Part shown: piece by piece, positions 41,190-50,473 of the stretch
Position numbering within the stretch: position 1 is the stretch's first letter
Layout of the letters: each line of letters opens with the position of its first letter
Source: Nitrospirota bacterium
GTDB lineage: Bacteria; Nitrospirota; UBA9217
Assembly: GCA_963737155.1 (NCBI GenBank)
Contig: CAVTRN010000002.1
Location: 1,440,001-1,504,000 of the forward strand
Length of the DNA stretch: 64,000 nucleotides
Direction: 5' to 3'
Notes under the pieces: model-generated
What the model saw: the letters and a program-made list of their open reading frames with translations, nothing else
Databases searched by the model: none
What the model was told of the DNA's origin: nothing
Translations under genes and position numbers: made by a program

Positions 41190-42704
41190 ATGAAAAAGCT
41201 TTTGCAGTTTCCTCATCCCTTTTTTTCCGGACGTCCGACATGGAAATGGTTTATTCTGATCAATGTCCTTATCGGCGCCACAATGTCGGCCTTGGATGTC
41301 AGCATCGTGAACGTCGCAATGCCGACGTTGAAGACTGAGTTCAACACCAGCATGTCCGTCATCGAGTGGGTGGCCATGGCGTATATGCTGACCCTCACCA
41401 TTTTCCTTCCTTTTTTCGGAAGGTTGGCCGACATGTTCGGTAGATCTAAACTTTATAATGCGGGATTTGTCGTCTTTACCGTAGGCTCCCTGTTTTGCGG
41501 AATGGCAACATCGGCATCCTTCATCATTGCCGCCCGAGTCCTCCAGGCGGTCGGCGCCGGACTCCTGCAGGCAAACTCCGTCGCGCTGATCACGCAGGCC
41601 TTTCCCTCAAGTGAGCGTGGTAAGGCTATCGGCATTCAGGGGGCGGTCCAGGCCATTGCCATGGCAGTGGGGCCCTTTGTGGGGGGTATCCTGATATCCA
41701 CGATCGGCTGGCGTGCGGTTTTCTATATTAATATACCGATCGGCATCCTGGGCACAGTCGCAGCACTGTTCATTCTTCCGCCCAACCAGACTACCGGGAA
41801 AAAGGAGTCCATCGACTACCTTGGAACGGTGTTCTTCGCAGCCGGCCTTGGATTTCTTGTGTTGGCCTTCAATGAAGTAGTTAATCTGGGATGGGGTTCG
41901 ACCACCATCTTGGTTTACTTCTTAAATTCGTTCATTCTGCTCGGTTTGTTTGTCCTCACCGAGATGAGGGTAAAGCATCCCCTGATAGATCTGAAACTGT
42001 TCAAGAACAGTACGTTCTTGATTGGCAACTTGACGGGAATGATGTCCTATTATGTGCTGTTTGCTGTCCTGTTCCTGATGCCGTTCTATCTTGAGAAGGT
42101 ACTTAATTTCAGCCCGGTGCTTACAGGCAGCCTGCTCACGCCTATTCCTCTTGCCATGGCCATAGTCGCCCCCCTTGCGGGCCATATTTCAGACAAGTAT
42201 GGGTCGAGGATCATGACGGCCTCAGGGATGTTCGTGTCTGCGCTCGCCTGCTTCTCCCTGTTATTTCTGGGTACGGTCGTGAACCTGCCGCTTTTGATCG
42301 CCGAGCTGGTTCTTCTGGGCATTGGCATGGGCATGTTCACGCCGCCGAACAATAGTGCGATTATGGGCGCGGCTCCCAAGGAAAAACTGGGACTGGCTGG
42401 CGGCGTGTTAAACATGATGCGTTCACTCGGACTTATATTCGGCGTGGACATATCCGGTCTGATATTCAGCAAGCTGGAGCATAAATACCTGGCCGATAAC
42501 GGCTACCCAAATGTGAATCACGTCTTCGCCAACGGCGGCATCCCGCTTCAAATGAAGGATCACGCTTTCATGCGCGGGTTCATAATCGTCGTAGGCGTGC
42601 TGGTTGCGCTTAATCTGTTTGCGGCGGTGCTTTCAACATCCGGTAAGCGCGTTGAGGTGGATGCAGCAGCAATGGAGGCTGCCAAGGAATTTGAAGGCAT
42701 CTGA
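41190..42704 (+). CDS. DHA2 (EmrB/QacA) family MFS transporter
   Basis: LDVSIVNVAMP, GRLADMFGR, RVLQAVG, GP.VGG, WR.VFYINIPIG, PLIDLKLF. Confidence 0.93.
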   Translation: MKKLLQFPHPFFSGRPTWKWFILINVLIGATMSALDVSIVNVAMPTLKTEFNTSMSVIEWVAMAYMLTLTIFLPFFGRLADMFGRSKLYNAGFVVFTVGSLFCGMATSASFIIAARVLQAVGAGLLQANSVALITQAFPSSERGKAIGIQGAVQAIAMAVGPFVGGILISTIGWRAVFYINIPIGILGTVAALFILPPNQTTGKKESIDYLGTVFFAAGLGFLVLAFNEVVNLGWGSTTILVYFLNSFILLGLFVLTEMRVKHPLIDLKLFKNSTFLIGNLTGMMSYYVLFAVLFLMPFYLEKVLNFSPVLTGSLLTPIPLAMAIVAPLAGHISDKYGSRIMTASGMFVSALACFSLLFLGTVVNLPLLIAELVLLGIGMGMFTPPNNSAIMGAAPKEKLGLAGGVLNMMRSLGLIFGVDISGLIFSKLEHKYLADNGYPNVNHVFANGGIPLQMKDHAFMRGFIIVVGVLVALNLFAAVLSTSGKRVEVDAAAMEAAKEFEGI

Positions 42705-42737
42705 TCAGCCTCATAAACATAAAAAAGCAAAAAGAGC

Positions 42738-42772
42738 AAGCCCTCCGGTTTTATATCCGGGGGGCTTTTTTT
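42738..42772 (+). terminator. Rho-independent terminator after the MFS gene
   Basis: GCCCTCCGG-loop-CCGGGGGGC followed by T7. Confidence 0.85.
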
Positions 42773-42797
42773 GTGCTGCGGTCTTTTTAATATTTTT

Positions 42798-42936
42798 GAG
42801 ATAAATATATTTTGCTTTTCAACCAAATGTGCTAAAATAAAAAAAATTATGATAGCAATGGGATGCAAATCGTCTGCTTGCGACCTATCCGGTCCTCGTC
42901 GTCCCTGGTACTCAGGGGTACTTTCCTGCAGCGTGT
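42798..42936 (+). repeat. Dispersed repeat R2, copy a (~140 bp)
   Basis: GAGATAAAT.TATTTTGCTTTTCAA.CAAAT.TG.TAAAAT...GGATGCAAAT...CGTCGTCCCT..AGGGG.ACTTTCC shared with 50855-50992. Confidence 0.85.
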
Positions 42937-43017
42937 TGTTTCAGTATGCTTTAGAATATTAAGCAATGCGATACCGACATGTTTTTAAAATATGCATTAA
43001 AATTGTAGGTTATATTA

Positions 43018-43033
43018 TGGTACTGCTATTGCG
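43018..43033 (+). promoter_or_regulatory. Second, diverged sigma54 promoter copy
   Basis: TGGTAC-TGCTA-TTGCG; GG/GC spacing retained; positional paralogue of 40115-40130. Confidence 0.65.
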
Positions 43034-43077
43034 GGCATAATATATATCCCGGAACGGTTTGAAAAGGAGGCAAATCA

Positions 43078-43600
43078 ACAGGAAAGGGGTAAATGCCGTT
43101 TGTCACCTTCCGTAATGAGAATCTTAAGGTAGCGTTTCATCAGCTCTCGAATTGGCCAAGGCGATGTGTGAGGATATTAACCCTTCTGTTGGTTCCGAAG
43201 AAGAATAATTTTAATGGCAAGCTCCGGAGTCTTTTGACTGCCTTAAGCTTTGCGGAAGCCGACGGCTAGGAGACTGCGCGAGGGGTAATGTCCGCAGGTG
43301 CGGCTGACGGCTAAGACTGATATGGGAAAATGCTGGCAAGCCTCGTGGCAAAATATCGAAAGAAGAGCTTCCAGGTGGGTGTTGAGGAAGCGGATCTTAT
43401 CGCTGTATCGGGAATACCTAGTTTCCTGAAAGAATTTGCCGGGATTGGCAGGGTCGTCCTGAGCCTGGCGTAACCGGTAGTGACAATTTCTAAGTCGGGG
43501 TCTTCACCGGCCTGTGCCGATAGCGGCCCGACCGATTGCATCCATGACTCTGCAGGACTGAGATGGAACATTTTGAAGGGTGGCATCAGTGCATGTTTGA
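43078..43600 (+). pseudogene. Decayed duplicate of the 40171-40671 gene
   Basis: Shared blocks TTTGTCAC, ATGAGAATCTT, CGAATTGGCCAAGGCGATGT, AAGAAGAATAAT, GGTCGT.CTGAGCC; ATG replaced by ACA; stops and frameshifts. Confidence 0.85.
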
Positions 43601-43677
43601 GAGAACAGACTATTCAGCGCTGGACATTAAATAGAAATCGGCATTACTCTAAAACCAAGAGAAAAGGAGTAAACATA

Positions 43678-44607
43678 ATGTATCTTTATTTACCGGTAGC
43701 ACTGACAAGCATGAATATCTTAATTCCTGTCGGACTTGGTTTGGCGGTGGGGCTTTTATCCGGTCTCTTTGGAGTCGGAGGGGGATTTCTTCTGACGCCG
43801 CTTCTTATCATGTTCGGAATCCCGTCGACCGTTGCCGCAGCAACAGATTCTAACCAAATCGTCGCCGCCTCCACATCAGGTACCTACGCTCACTGGAAGG
43901 TTGGCAATGTGGACTTTAAAATGGGGATTTACCTTCTGGTCGGCGGGTTCGTAGGTGGCATCGTAGGCGTCCAGGCAATCAAGGTCCTGCACGCCATGGG
44001 CAACGCCGATTTCGTGATAAAGATGACCTATGTGCTAATGCTCGGGATTGTCGGCTCCTATATGTTCGTTGAAAGCCTTCAAAGCATGCACAAGAAAAAA
44101 GGCGCGGTAGTTGATAAGGTCAAAACAAGTGAAAAGGAATCGACAGTTGGAAAGTTCATGAAATCTCTGCCGCTTCAGACCCGATTCGAGAAGTCGGGAG
44201 TAACCCACTCAGCCTTGGTGCCGGTGGTGCTCGGTGCATTTGTTGGCGTCCTGGCCGCGATCATGGGGGTGGGCGGTGGTTTCCTGATGGTGCCGGTGAT
44301 GGTGTACATGCTCAGAATGCCGATGCACGTGGTGGTCGGAACTAGTCTGTTCCAGATCCTCTTTACCTGCATCGAGGTTACCTTTCTTCAGGCTTACACG
44401 AACCATAGCGTCGATTTCATGCTGGCAGTGCTCCTTCTAGTAGGTTCGACCCTCGGGGCACAGGTCGGCACCGTGTTGGGGAAAAAGCTGAAAGGCGAAC
44501 AGCTAAAGATTCTGCTCGCCTGTATTGTGCTTGTTGTGACCGTTAAGATCATTTTCGAATTGACGCTGACTCCATCATTATTGCTTTCACAAGTAGGAGG
44601 GCACTAA
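43678..44607 (+). CDS. TauE/SafE (sulfite exporter) family membrane protein
   Basis: MYLYLPVA start with AAGGAG RBS; duplicated GVGGGF(L)xxP motif. Confidence 0.92.
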   Translation: MYLYLPVALTSMNILIPVGLGLAVGLLSGLFGVGGGFLLTPLLIMFGIPSTVAAATDSNQIVAASTSGTYAHWKVGNVDFKMGIYLLVGGFVGGIVGVQAIKVLHAMGNADFVIKMTYVLMLGIVGSYMFVESLQSMHKKKGAVVDKVKTSEKESTVGKFMKSLPLQTRFEKSGVTHSALVPVVLGAFVGVLAAIMGVGGGFLMVPVMVYMLRMPMHVVVGTSLFQILFTCIEVTFLQAYTNHSVDFMLAVLLLVGSTLGAQVGTVLGKKLKGEQLKILLACIVLVVTVKIIFELTLTPSLLLSQVGGH

Positions 44608-44609
44608 TC

Positions 44610-45443
44610 ATGTACCTCCACTTCTTAAGTCCCCTGATCCATTCTCTGAGATTTATCTGCAATGCCAGATTGTTCGGATTCATATCTCTGGCGCTGGTTT
44701 TTTCCGTGCTGCAACTTGCAGACGCCACACCCGCTTCGGCCATGCTCACGGCAACGGCGAATCATGATCACATCAAGATAGATTTCCTTTATCACGGTAG
44801 CAATGTAAGCATAAAGGGCGAATCAGACTCCGGTGTGGATCTGGTCATTAAGATAACCTCACCCGAGGGAGAGCAGACGCTGAAAAAGAAGGGCAAGGTC
44901 GGCGGTATACTCTGGATGAATGTCGGCAAGCTAACATTCGAGAAAACTCCAAATTTCTACGAAGTTTTCAGCACAAAAAATATCGAAGACATCCTGAGCA
45001 ATGAGGAAATGGAAAAATACGTGATCGGATATCCTGCGCTGCAAAAACATATTGAGATAAAACCGGTCGCAAATAACGTGGAGAAGGCCACCTGGTTTAA
45101 CGAGTTCGTTAAATTTAAGGAAAACTCCAAAGTATACGCTACGTCTTCTGGCAAGATAACGACGAAATCGGCCAATGGACGGCAGGAATACTATATTGAT
45201 ACCGACTGGCCTTACCAGGCCGAGCCCGACGATTATCTGATCACGGTCTATGCCGTGAAGAATAGCAAAGTTGTGGAACAGGCAGAGTCGAAGGTGAAAG
45301 TCGAACAGATCGGAGTAGTCAAGACATTGGCGACGATGGCGAAGAACAATGCAGCCTTGTATGGGTTACTTTCCATCGGCATTGCGCTGGGCGCAGGTTT
45401 CGGTGTTGGTCTGGTGTTCGGAAAGGGCGGAGGTTCTCATTGA
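44610..45443 (+). CDS. TIGR02186-like periplasmic protein with C-terminal anchor (usual TauE partner)
   Basis: I.IDF.YHG..V.I.G, KKKGKVGGILWMN, C-terminal LYG...A..AG TM. Confidence 0.8.
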   Translation: MYLHFLSPLIHSLRFICNARLFGFISLALVFSVLQLADATPASAMLTATANHDHIKIDFLYHGSNVSIKGESDSGVDLVIKITSPEGEQTLKKKGKVGGILWMNVGKLTFEKTPNFYEVFSTKNIEDILSNEEMEKYVIGYPALQKHIEIKPVANNVEKATWFNEFVKFKENSKVYATSSGKITTKSANGRQEYYIDTDWPYQAEPDDYLITVYAVKNSKVVEQAESKVKVEQIGVVKTLATMAKNNAALYGLLSIGIALGAGFGVGLVFGKGGGSH

Positions 45444-46306
45444 TGTATAACTCAATCGTTGTAGGGTTCGACGAGTCTGAGTCAAGCAAAGCGGCGCTGA
45501 AAGAGGCTTCACTCAGAGTGAAAAATCATGGAGGAAAACTCTTCTTGGTTCATGCGGTCTATTTCGACAAGGAAGAGTTCACGACTCTCCCATCTCAAAT
45601 GGAAAAGCGTTTTGAGATCGGCACAAAGGTCTGCCTTGATGCGAGACAGAATCTCCATGATGATTTTGGACTGGACAGTAGAGTCGAGTCGGTCATCTGC
45701 GAGGGAGAACCGTCCGATGTAATCGTGGAAATTGCCCAGGGGAAAAAGGCTGAGCTTATTGCACTCGGTACCTACGGCAGGAAGGGGCTGAAAAGGCTGC
45801 TCATGGGCAGTGTGACGTCGCGGGTCATCCTGAACGCACCCTGCGATGTGCTGGTGGTCAAGAAAACCTGCCCCCAGTGCAGCGGCAGCTACCACTCCCT
45901 GCTAGTTGCTTTTGACGGATCTGAATCTAGCAAGAAAGCGCTGACAAAGGCTTGCGACCTTGCAAAAGTTGACGGCGCGGATGTATCGGTCCAATATGTC
46001 ATCCCCCGCTACGAGGAGATGATGGATTTCTTCAAGACCGAGTCGGTCAAAAAGAGCCTCTTCGAGGAAGCAGAAAAAATCGTAGATGGAGCGAAAAAGA
46101 TCTCGGCGGGCCTGGGGGTTTCAATCAAGACCGTAGTTCAAGAAGGCCACGCTGCTGAAAAGATTGTGGAGTTTGCCGATACAATGAAGCACGACTTGAT
46201 CGTCGTGGGCACCCATGGTTGGCGCGGCGTTAACAAGGCGCTCATGGGGAGCACGGCGGAACGGGTCATTGCTCATGCTTCATGTCCCATACTGATCACG
46301 AGGTGA
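45443..46306 (+). CDS. Tandem-domain universal stress protein
   Basis: Two USP domains: IVVGFD.SE.S, LIALG.YGR.GL..LLMGSV; LVAFDGSE.S, DLIVVGTHG..MGSTAE. Confidence 0.93.
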   Translation: MYNSIVVGFDESESSKAALKEASLRVKNHGGKLFLVHAVYFDKEEFTTLPSQMEKRFEIGTKVCLDARQNLHDDFGLDSRVESVICEGEPSDVIVEIAQGKKAELIALGTYGRKGLKRLLMGSVTSRVILNAPCDVLVVKKTCPQCSGSYHSLLVAFDGSESSKKALTKACDLAKVDGADVSVQYVIPRYEEMMDFFKTESVKKSLFEEAEKIVDGAKKISAGLGVSIKTVVQEGHAAEKIVEFADTMKHDLIVVGTHGWRGVNKALMGSTAERVIAHASCPILITR

Positions 46307-46312
46307 TTGAGT

Positions 46313-46715
46313 ATGAAGGGTTATAGAAAGGCCCTTTATCGCATTAACCGGCTCGCAGGAGGTTCTGAAACAGGGTATCACGCTTGTCTAGGATGGGAAA
46401 ACGCGAATAACCGTCGTAAAGGTGGTCCGGACCCTTATGAAGGGGACCTGAAGGGAATCAAGAACCTGCACGACGTCCTGGATGACAACGGAGCGCGGGT
46501 CCCTTCCGACGTCACAAGCCGAAGGGTGCTCATCAAAACGCGATTTGAGCAGGAAGTGTCGGGAAGAATTGCCGGGATCTTGGAGTAGGGAAAATGCAAT
46601 CTCCTCACTATGGGGTTTAAGATGAAAACATGCATACTGAGTAGGCTCTTCGTCGATCAGATCGTCGAAAAAATCATTGACCCCGCGCCGTGTCTGGTTT
46701 ATGTTATTGTATGGA
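46313..46715 (+). pseudogene. Second, single-domain USP gene, decayed
   Basis: MKGYRK / LIALTGSQEVLKQG / PYEGDL.GIKN / CNLLTMG...LF..IVEKII..APC.V.VI across shifts and stops. Confidence 0.65.
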
Positions 46716-46792
46716 GGGGCGACGCGCCATCTCCTGTTCGGCGTGCGAACAAAACAGGATATTAAACAATATGCTGATAAAGGGTGCACGTT

Positions 46793-46981
46793 ATGTTTGA
46801 AAGATTGTTGCAGCCAATGCAACTGATTCTTATCCTGTTGATCGTCCTGATCATTTTCGGTCCAGGGAAGCTCCACGAACTCGGCGCAGGACTGGGAAAA
46901 AGTGTTAGAGAATTCAAGAATGCCATGAAAGAAGGTCAGGAGACAGCGGTGATCGAAAATAAAGAAGAGAAGAAAGTCTGA
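46793..46981 (+). CDS. tatA: TatA/E twin-arginine translocase subunit
   Basis: LILILLIVLIIFGPGKL.ELG.GLGKSVREFK. Confidence 0.9.
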   Translation: MFERLLQPMQLILILLIVLIIFGPGKLHELGAGLGKSVREFKNAMKEGQETAVIENKEEKKV

Positions 46982-47211
46982 TCTGCGCAGTGTGAATGCT
47001 TTAAAAAGCAGTGGATAACGATAGTGGGTTCCCTAAGGAGAATCAATCAACAAGAGAGTTCTGGGGAATTGTTCCGACTGATCCAGATCGTTATCGTTCG
47101 CCCGGCGCTTTTCTCGGGAGGTGCGAAATGCACCATCCCATTTCTTAAGACGCATATATGCGTGCTTGTTAAAAACCGTATTCCACTGATCACAGCACAT
47201 GGTGAAAATTT

Positions 47212-48855
47212 ATGATAAAGAAAAAATTCGGAAGAATTCTGAGACTCAAGATTTTTTCTGAGGACGAACTGGAGAAGTTTGCTGGGGAATCAAAGGCGTC
47301 CGGGGTGCCGCTGGAAGAACTTCTGATCAGCAAGGGCATAAGTAAGCACGAAATTCTGTTCTGTCTATCTGAATTCTATGGACTGCCATTCGTGGAATAC
47401 GCTGAAAGCGTTGTCGCTTCCTATTTCCTGGTTCTGCGGCTTGATCTGGAGCATCTCAAAAAGAACCTATGGTTTCCGCTTTCGGTTCGGGAAAAACAGG
47501 CCGAGGTAATTGCCTATCGTCCTGACGACCCTCGCGTGGAGGAGGAGATCAAGAAAACCCTGGGGGTAGAGCAGGTCAATTTCAGGGTCGCGCTTCCCTC
47601 AGACATCATCCGCATTATAGAGCACAATTTCGATGTAAATCCCTATTTCTGTATTTCCGGCGGTAGAACGCCGCTTGCGCGGGTGAGGACACTGTTCGCC
47701 TACCGGCGGTCCACGTATGCTCATTACCGCACTTTGTTCGCCAAAGGGAGGACTGGTCTCGCTTTTATCAGGACCGGTGTCTCCTTTATCGTAATTGCGC
47801 TTCTATTCATGCGCGTGCTGGGGTTTGGTTTTTACGCCATTCTTGAAACGCCGCTCATGATCGCTGGTCTCATTATGGTTTTCGATGGGACCAAATGGTA
47901 CCTTCCCGCACGGCGGATCGCCGATAAACCAATTGACGCGACATGTACAGAGGCGACCTGGGGTACCCGCGTGTTGAATGCCGAGTTAAACGATGGACCT
48001 CCCAAGTTCAGCCGGACAGAAAAAGTGAAGGGCTCGGCGGAGCTGAGGGCCGATTGGGAAAACCTGTCGCCCGTCATGAGACGCAGGTTCCTTGCAAGCG
48101 ACCGGACTGATATGGCCGAGGAGCGGACCTCACTTGCTGGCCACCGGACAAAACTCGCTAGGGCACGTACCGGCCTCGCTTTTACACGCACCGGTATCGC
48201 TTTCACCGGTCTCGGCATTGGGTTGATGAGGCAGTTTCAAGAAAGCCGATGGACGATCTTGGACGTCGTGCTTATCGTCATCGGAGTGCTCATGTCCGCG
48301 GAGGGATTCCATTGGTACTTCGGTGGCAGAAAGGCCGGAATCGAGGGATTGCGAACTGTGCTCGAAGTGCTGAACAAGGAAACCATCTGGGATTTGGTGT
48401 TTCCTCCAGGGCACAAACGATCTGGGCCCAAAAAGGACAAGGCCGGTCCGGCGGTCACCGCTGACCAGAAACCAGGCATCTGGGCAACAACAGGTCTTGC
48501 TCTCGAACGTACGGTGCTTGCCGACCGGCGGGGCGTTATGGCGAGGCTCCGCACGGTCATGGCGGTGTCGCGGACGGGTTTCTCCTATGTCCGAACCGGT
48601 ATGAGTATAACATCCGTGGGCGCCGGCCTCATGGCATATTTCGGCACAGCCTCCATCGGCTGGACGGTTTTCAACGTACTGCTGATCATCGGCGGTCTCC
48701 TCCTGATTGCGGACGGATATCGTTGGGTCCTACCGGCGGAACGTATGAGAAAAGAATATCCCTATTGTTACGGAGATATGGAAATAACCATTCCCGATTA
48801 TGGGAAACCAGCTGTCGAATGGGGGACGGTTATTTTTAATAACTATGAAGAGTGA
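47212..48855 (+). CDS. MshEN/GspE-N-like domain + three DUF202-like membrane repeats
   Basis: N-terminal LEELL..KGIS..EIL..LSEFYGLPFVE and WFPL..V...PDD; three RTG(L/F)(A/S)(F/Y)xRTG + two-TM modules. Confidence 0.8.
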   Translation: MIKKKFGRILRLKIFSEDELEKFAGESKASGVPLEELLISKGISKHEILFCLSEFYGLPFVEYAESVVASYFLVLRLDLEHLKKNLWFPLSVREKQAEVIAYRPDDPRVEEEIKKTLGVEQVNFRVALPSDIIRIIEHNFDVNPYFCISGGRTPLARVRTLFAYRRSTYAHYRTLFAKGRTGLAFIRTGVSFIVIALLFMRVLGFGFYAILETPLMIAGLIMVFDGTKWYLPARRIADKPIDATCTEATWGTRVLNAELNDGPPKFSRTEKVKGSAELRADWENLSPVMRRRFLASDRTDMAEERTSLAGHRTKLARARTGLAFTRTGIAFTGLGIGLMRQFQESRWTILDVVLIVIGVLMSAEGFHWYFGGRKAGIEGLRTVLEVLNKETIWDLVFPPGHKRSGPKKDKAGPAVTADQKPGIWATTGLALERTVLADRRGVMARLRTVMAVSRTGFSYVRTGMSITSVGAGLMAYFGTASIGWTVFNVLLIIGGLLLIADGYRWVLPAERMRKEYPYCYGDMEITIPDYGKPAVEWGTVIFNNYEE

Positions 48856-50086
48856 GTTGATGAACGGCGATCTCGCGGATGATGTGGTGCGGCAGAGTTC
48901 GGAATTTTCGATCCTGGTAGAACGGGGGATTCTGAGCCAAGCGGAACTTGAGGAGGCGATAAGCACGGCTCAGGCTCGCGGGATCGAACTCGAAAAAGTC
49001 CTGCTCAGTGAATTCAGCGTGGCGAAACGGCATCTGCTTGATGCGCTGGCCGCATACTATCGCTGTGATTCCATCGAATACGATGAGCGTCTGCCGATTC
49101 CACCTGAGCTTCTGGCTATGCTCGACCAGGATTCACCTTCTTCATACCAATGGATGCCAGTGATGAAAGACAAATCAGGAACCGTGGTCATTGCAGCGAG
49201 AAATCCCGAAAGTCCCGAGATGCGTGAGGAGGTCAGAAAATATGTGATAGCGGACCGTTACGAATTCCGGGTCTCCCTTGATGCCGACATCCAATGGTAT
49301 ATCCAGGATTTCCTCCATGACAAGGTGGGACTTTTGATAGGAACGGAGCGCACCGGGTTGGCCTATTGGCGAAATACCATGGCGCAGTGGCGCACGAGGA
49401 TGGCCTGTTACCGGACGGATCTCGCGAATGCACGAACTGGCTTGGCCTTCCTCCGATGGGGTCTGGGGACAATCGCATTATCGAACGCGCTCCTGAAATC
49501 CAAAAACATTGCATACCATCCTGTTGTCTATTTCTCAGTTCTCACCGTCGGGATCGTTATCGCTTTTTACGGGCTGCCGATCTATTTGAATATTCGGAAA
49601 TCCCGATTGACTCCGCCCGGGCACCAGACGCTGGTGGAGGTAACGGCGACAACGATCCAATTCCTTGAGAATTATCATTTTATCGAGAACACAGGGGGTA
49701 AACAGGAGATGCAGGGGACGATGCTTGCGAGGATGGGTGATTATCTTGCCGATTACAGCACCTATCTAAACCCGACTCCATCCTCCAAGACCCGCACGAT
49801 GTTCGCGCGCGAACGGAACGTTCTGGCCGCCCAGCGGACGATCGCGGCCTGCTACCGGACCATCTATGCCCGCGCACGAACTGGGCTGGCGTTTATCCGG
49901 ACCGGCATTTCCTTTCTGAGTATCGGTATTGGTATCCTGGGGTATTTCGGGTTCGGTTTGCTTACGTCCTTCAACCTCTGGCTTATGGCCGCTGGCATTC
50001 TGATGCTCGTAGACGGAGTGCTCTGGTACTGGCCGGTTCGGAAGGAACAGGGTGAAGCACCGAGGGGCATCGCATATCCGGAATGA
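48845..50086 (+). CDS. MshEN/GspE-N-like domain + two DUF202-like membrane repeats (paralogue of the upstream gene)
   Basis: ILVERGILSQAELEEA..LEKVLL..LLDALA.YY; two RTGLAF.R.G + two-TM modules; ATG 48845 overlaps the upstream stop by 11 nt. Confidence 0.8.
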   Translation: MKSELMNGDLADDVVRQSSEFSILVERGILSQAELEEAISTAQARGIELEKVLLSEFSVAKRHLLDALAAYYRCDSIEYDERLPIPPELLAMLDQDSPSSYQWMPVMKDKSGTVVIAARNPESPEMREEVRKYVIADRYEFRVSLDADIQWYIQDFLHDKVGLLIGTERTGLAYWRNTMAQWRTRMACYRTDLANARTGLAFLRWGLGTIALSNALLKSKNIAYHPVVYFSVLTVGIVIAFYGLPIYLNIRKSRLTPPGHQTLVEVTATTIQFLENYHFIENTGGKQEMQGTMLARMGDYLADYSTYLNPTPSSKTRTMFARERNVLAAQRTIAACYRTIYARARTGLAFIRTGISFLSIGIGILGYFGFGLLTSFNLWLMAAGILMLVDGVLWYWPVRKEQGEAPRGIAYPE

Positions 50087-50105
50087 GTGCAGTTTAGACT
50101 GCACT
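50086..50105 (+). terminator. Perfect hairpin at the stop codon (possible terminator or stabiliser)
   Basis: AGTGCAGT-ttag-ACTGCACT; no clear U tract. Confidence 0.4.
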
Positions 50106-50123
50106 GAATTATATAAAAAAAGC

Positions 50124-50311
50124 AAAGAAGGACGACATAGAATCGGTTACCTTCGATACTCATGCTACTAAAAGATATGAATGTAATGGCTCATGGTTTC
50201 GGATGCTTTAGGTTTGGAGACTGGAATCATTTTACTACTTCGGGCAAATTGGACTCTGAAACCCAAAAGCACTTATCGGAATGTATTCAGGGTGCCTGGC
50301 AATAGGTATTT
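50124..50311 (+). repeat. Dispersed repeat R1, copy b
   Basis: Similar to 40931-41119. Confidence 0.85.
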
Positions 50312-50473
50312 TTTTAGCCAATAACTCCGCAACAATTTTATCTCCCCTTGAAAACTAATTAGAAAGCTGATAATTATCCCCTCTATTGCATCCTGAACAA
50401 TTCGCATTCAATAAAGTGGTCGATTTTGTGTTAAAACTTATATGGAAATATATAAAAGATAGAAGGTACAGCA

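Noticed and set aside
43480-43677. N-terminal extension of TauE (similarly for HPr, BamD, the NtrC regulator and OmpA)
   Set aside because: Downstream ATGs with family-typical N-termini, in most cases with an RBS or stop-start overlap, explain the genes better.
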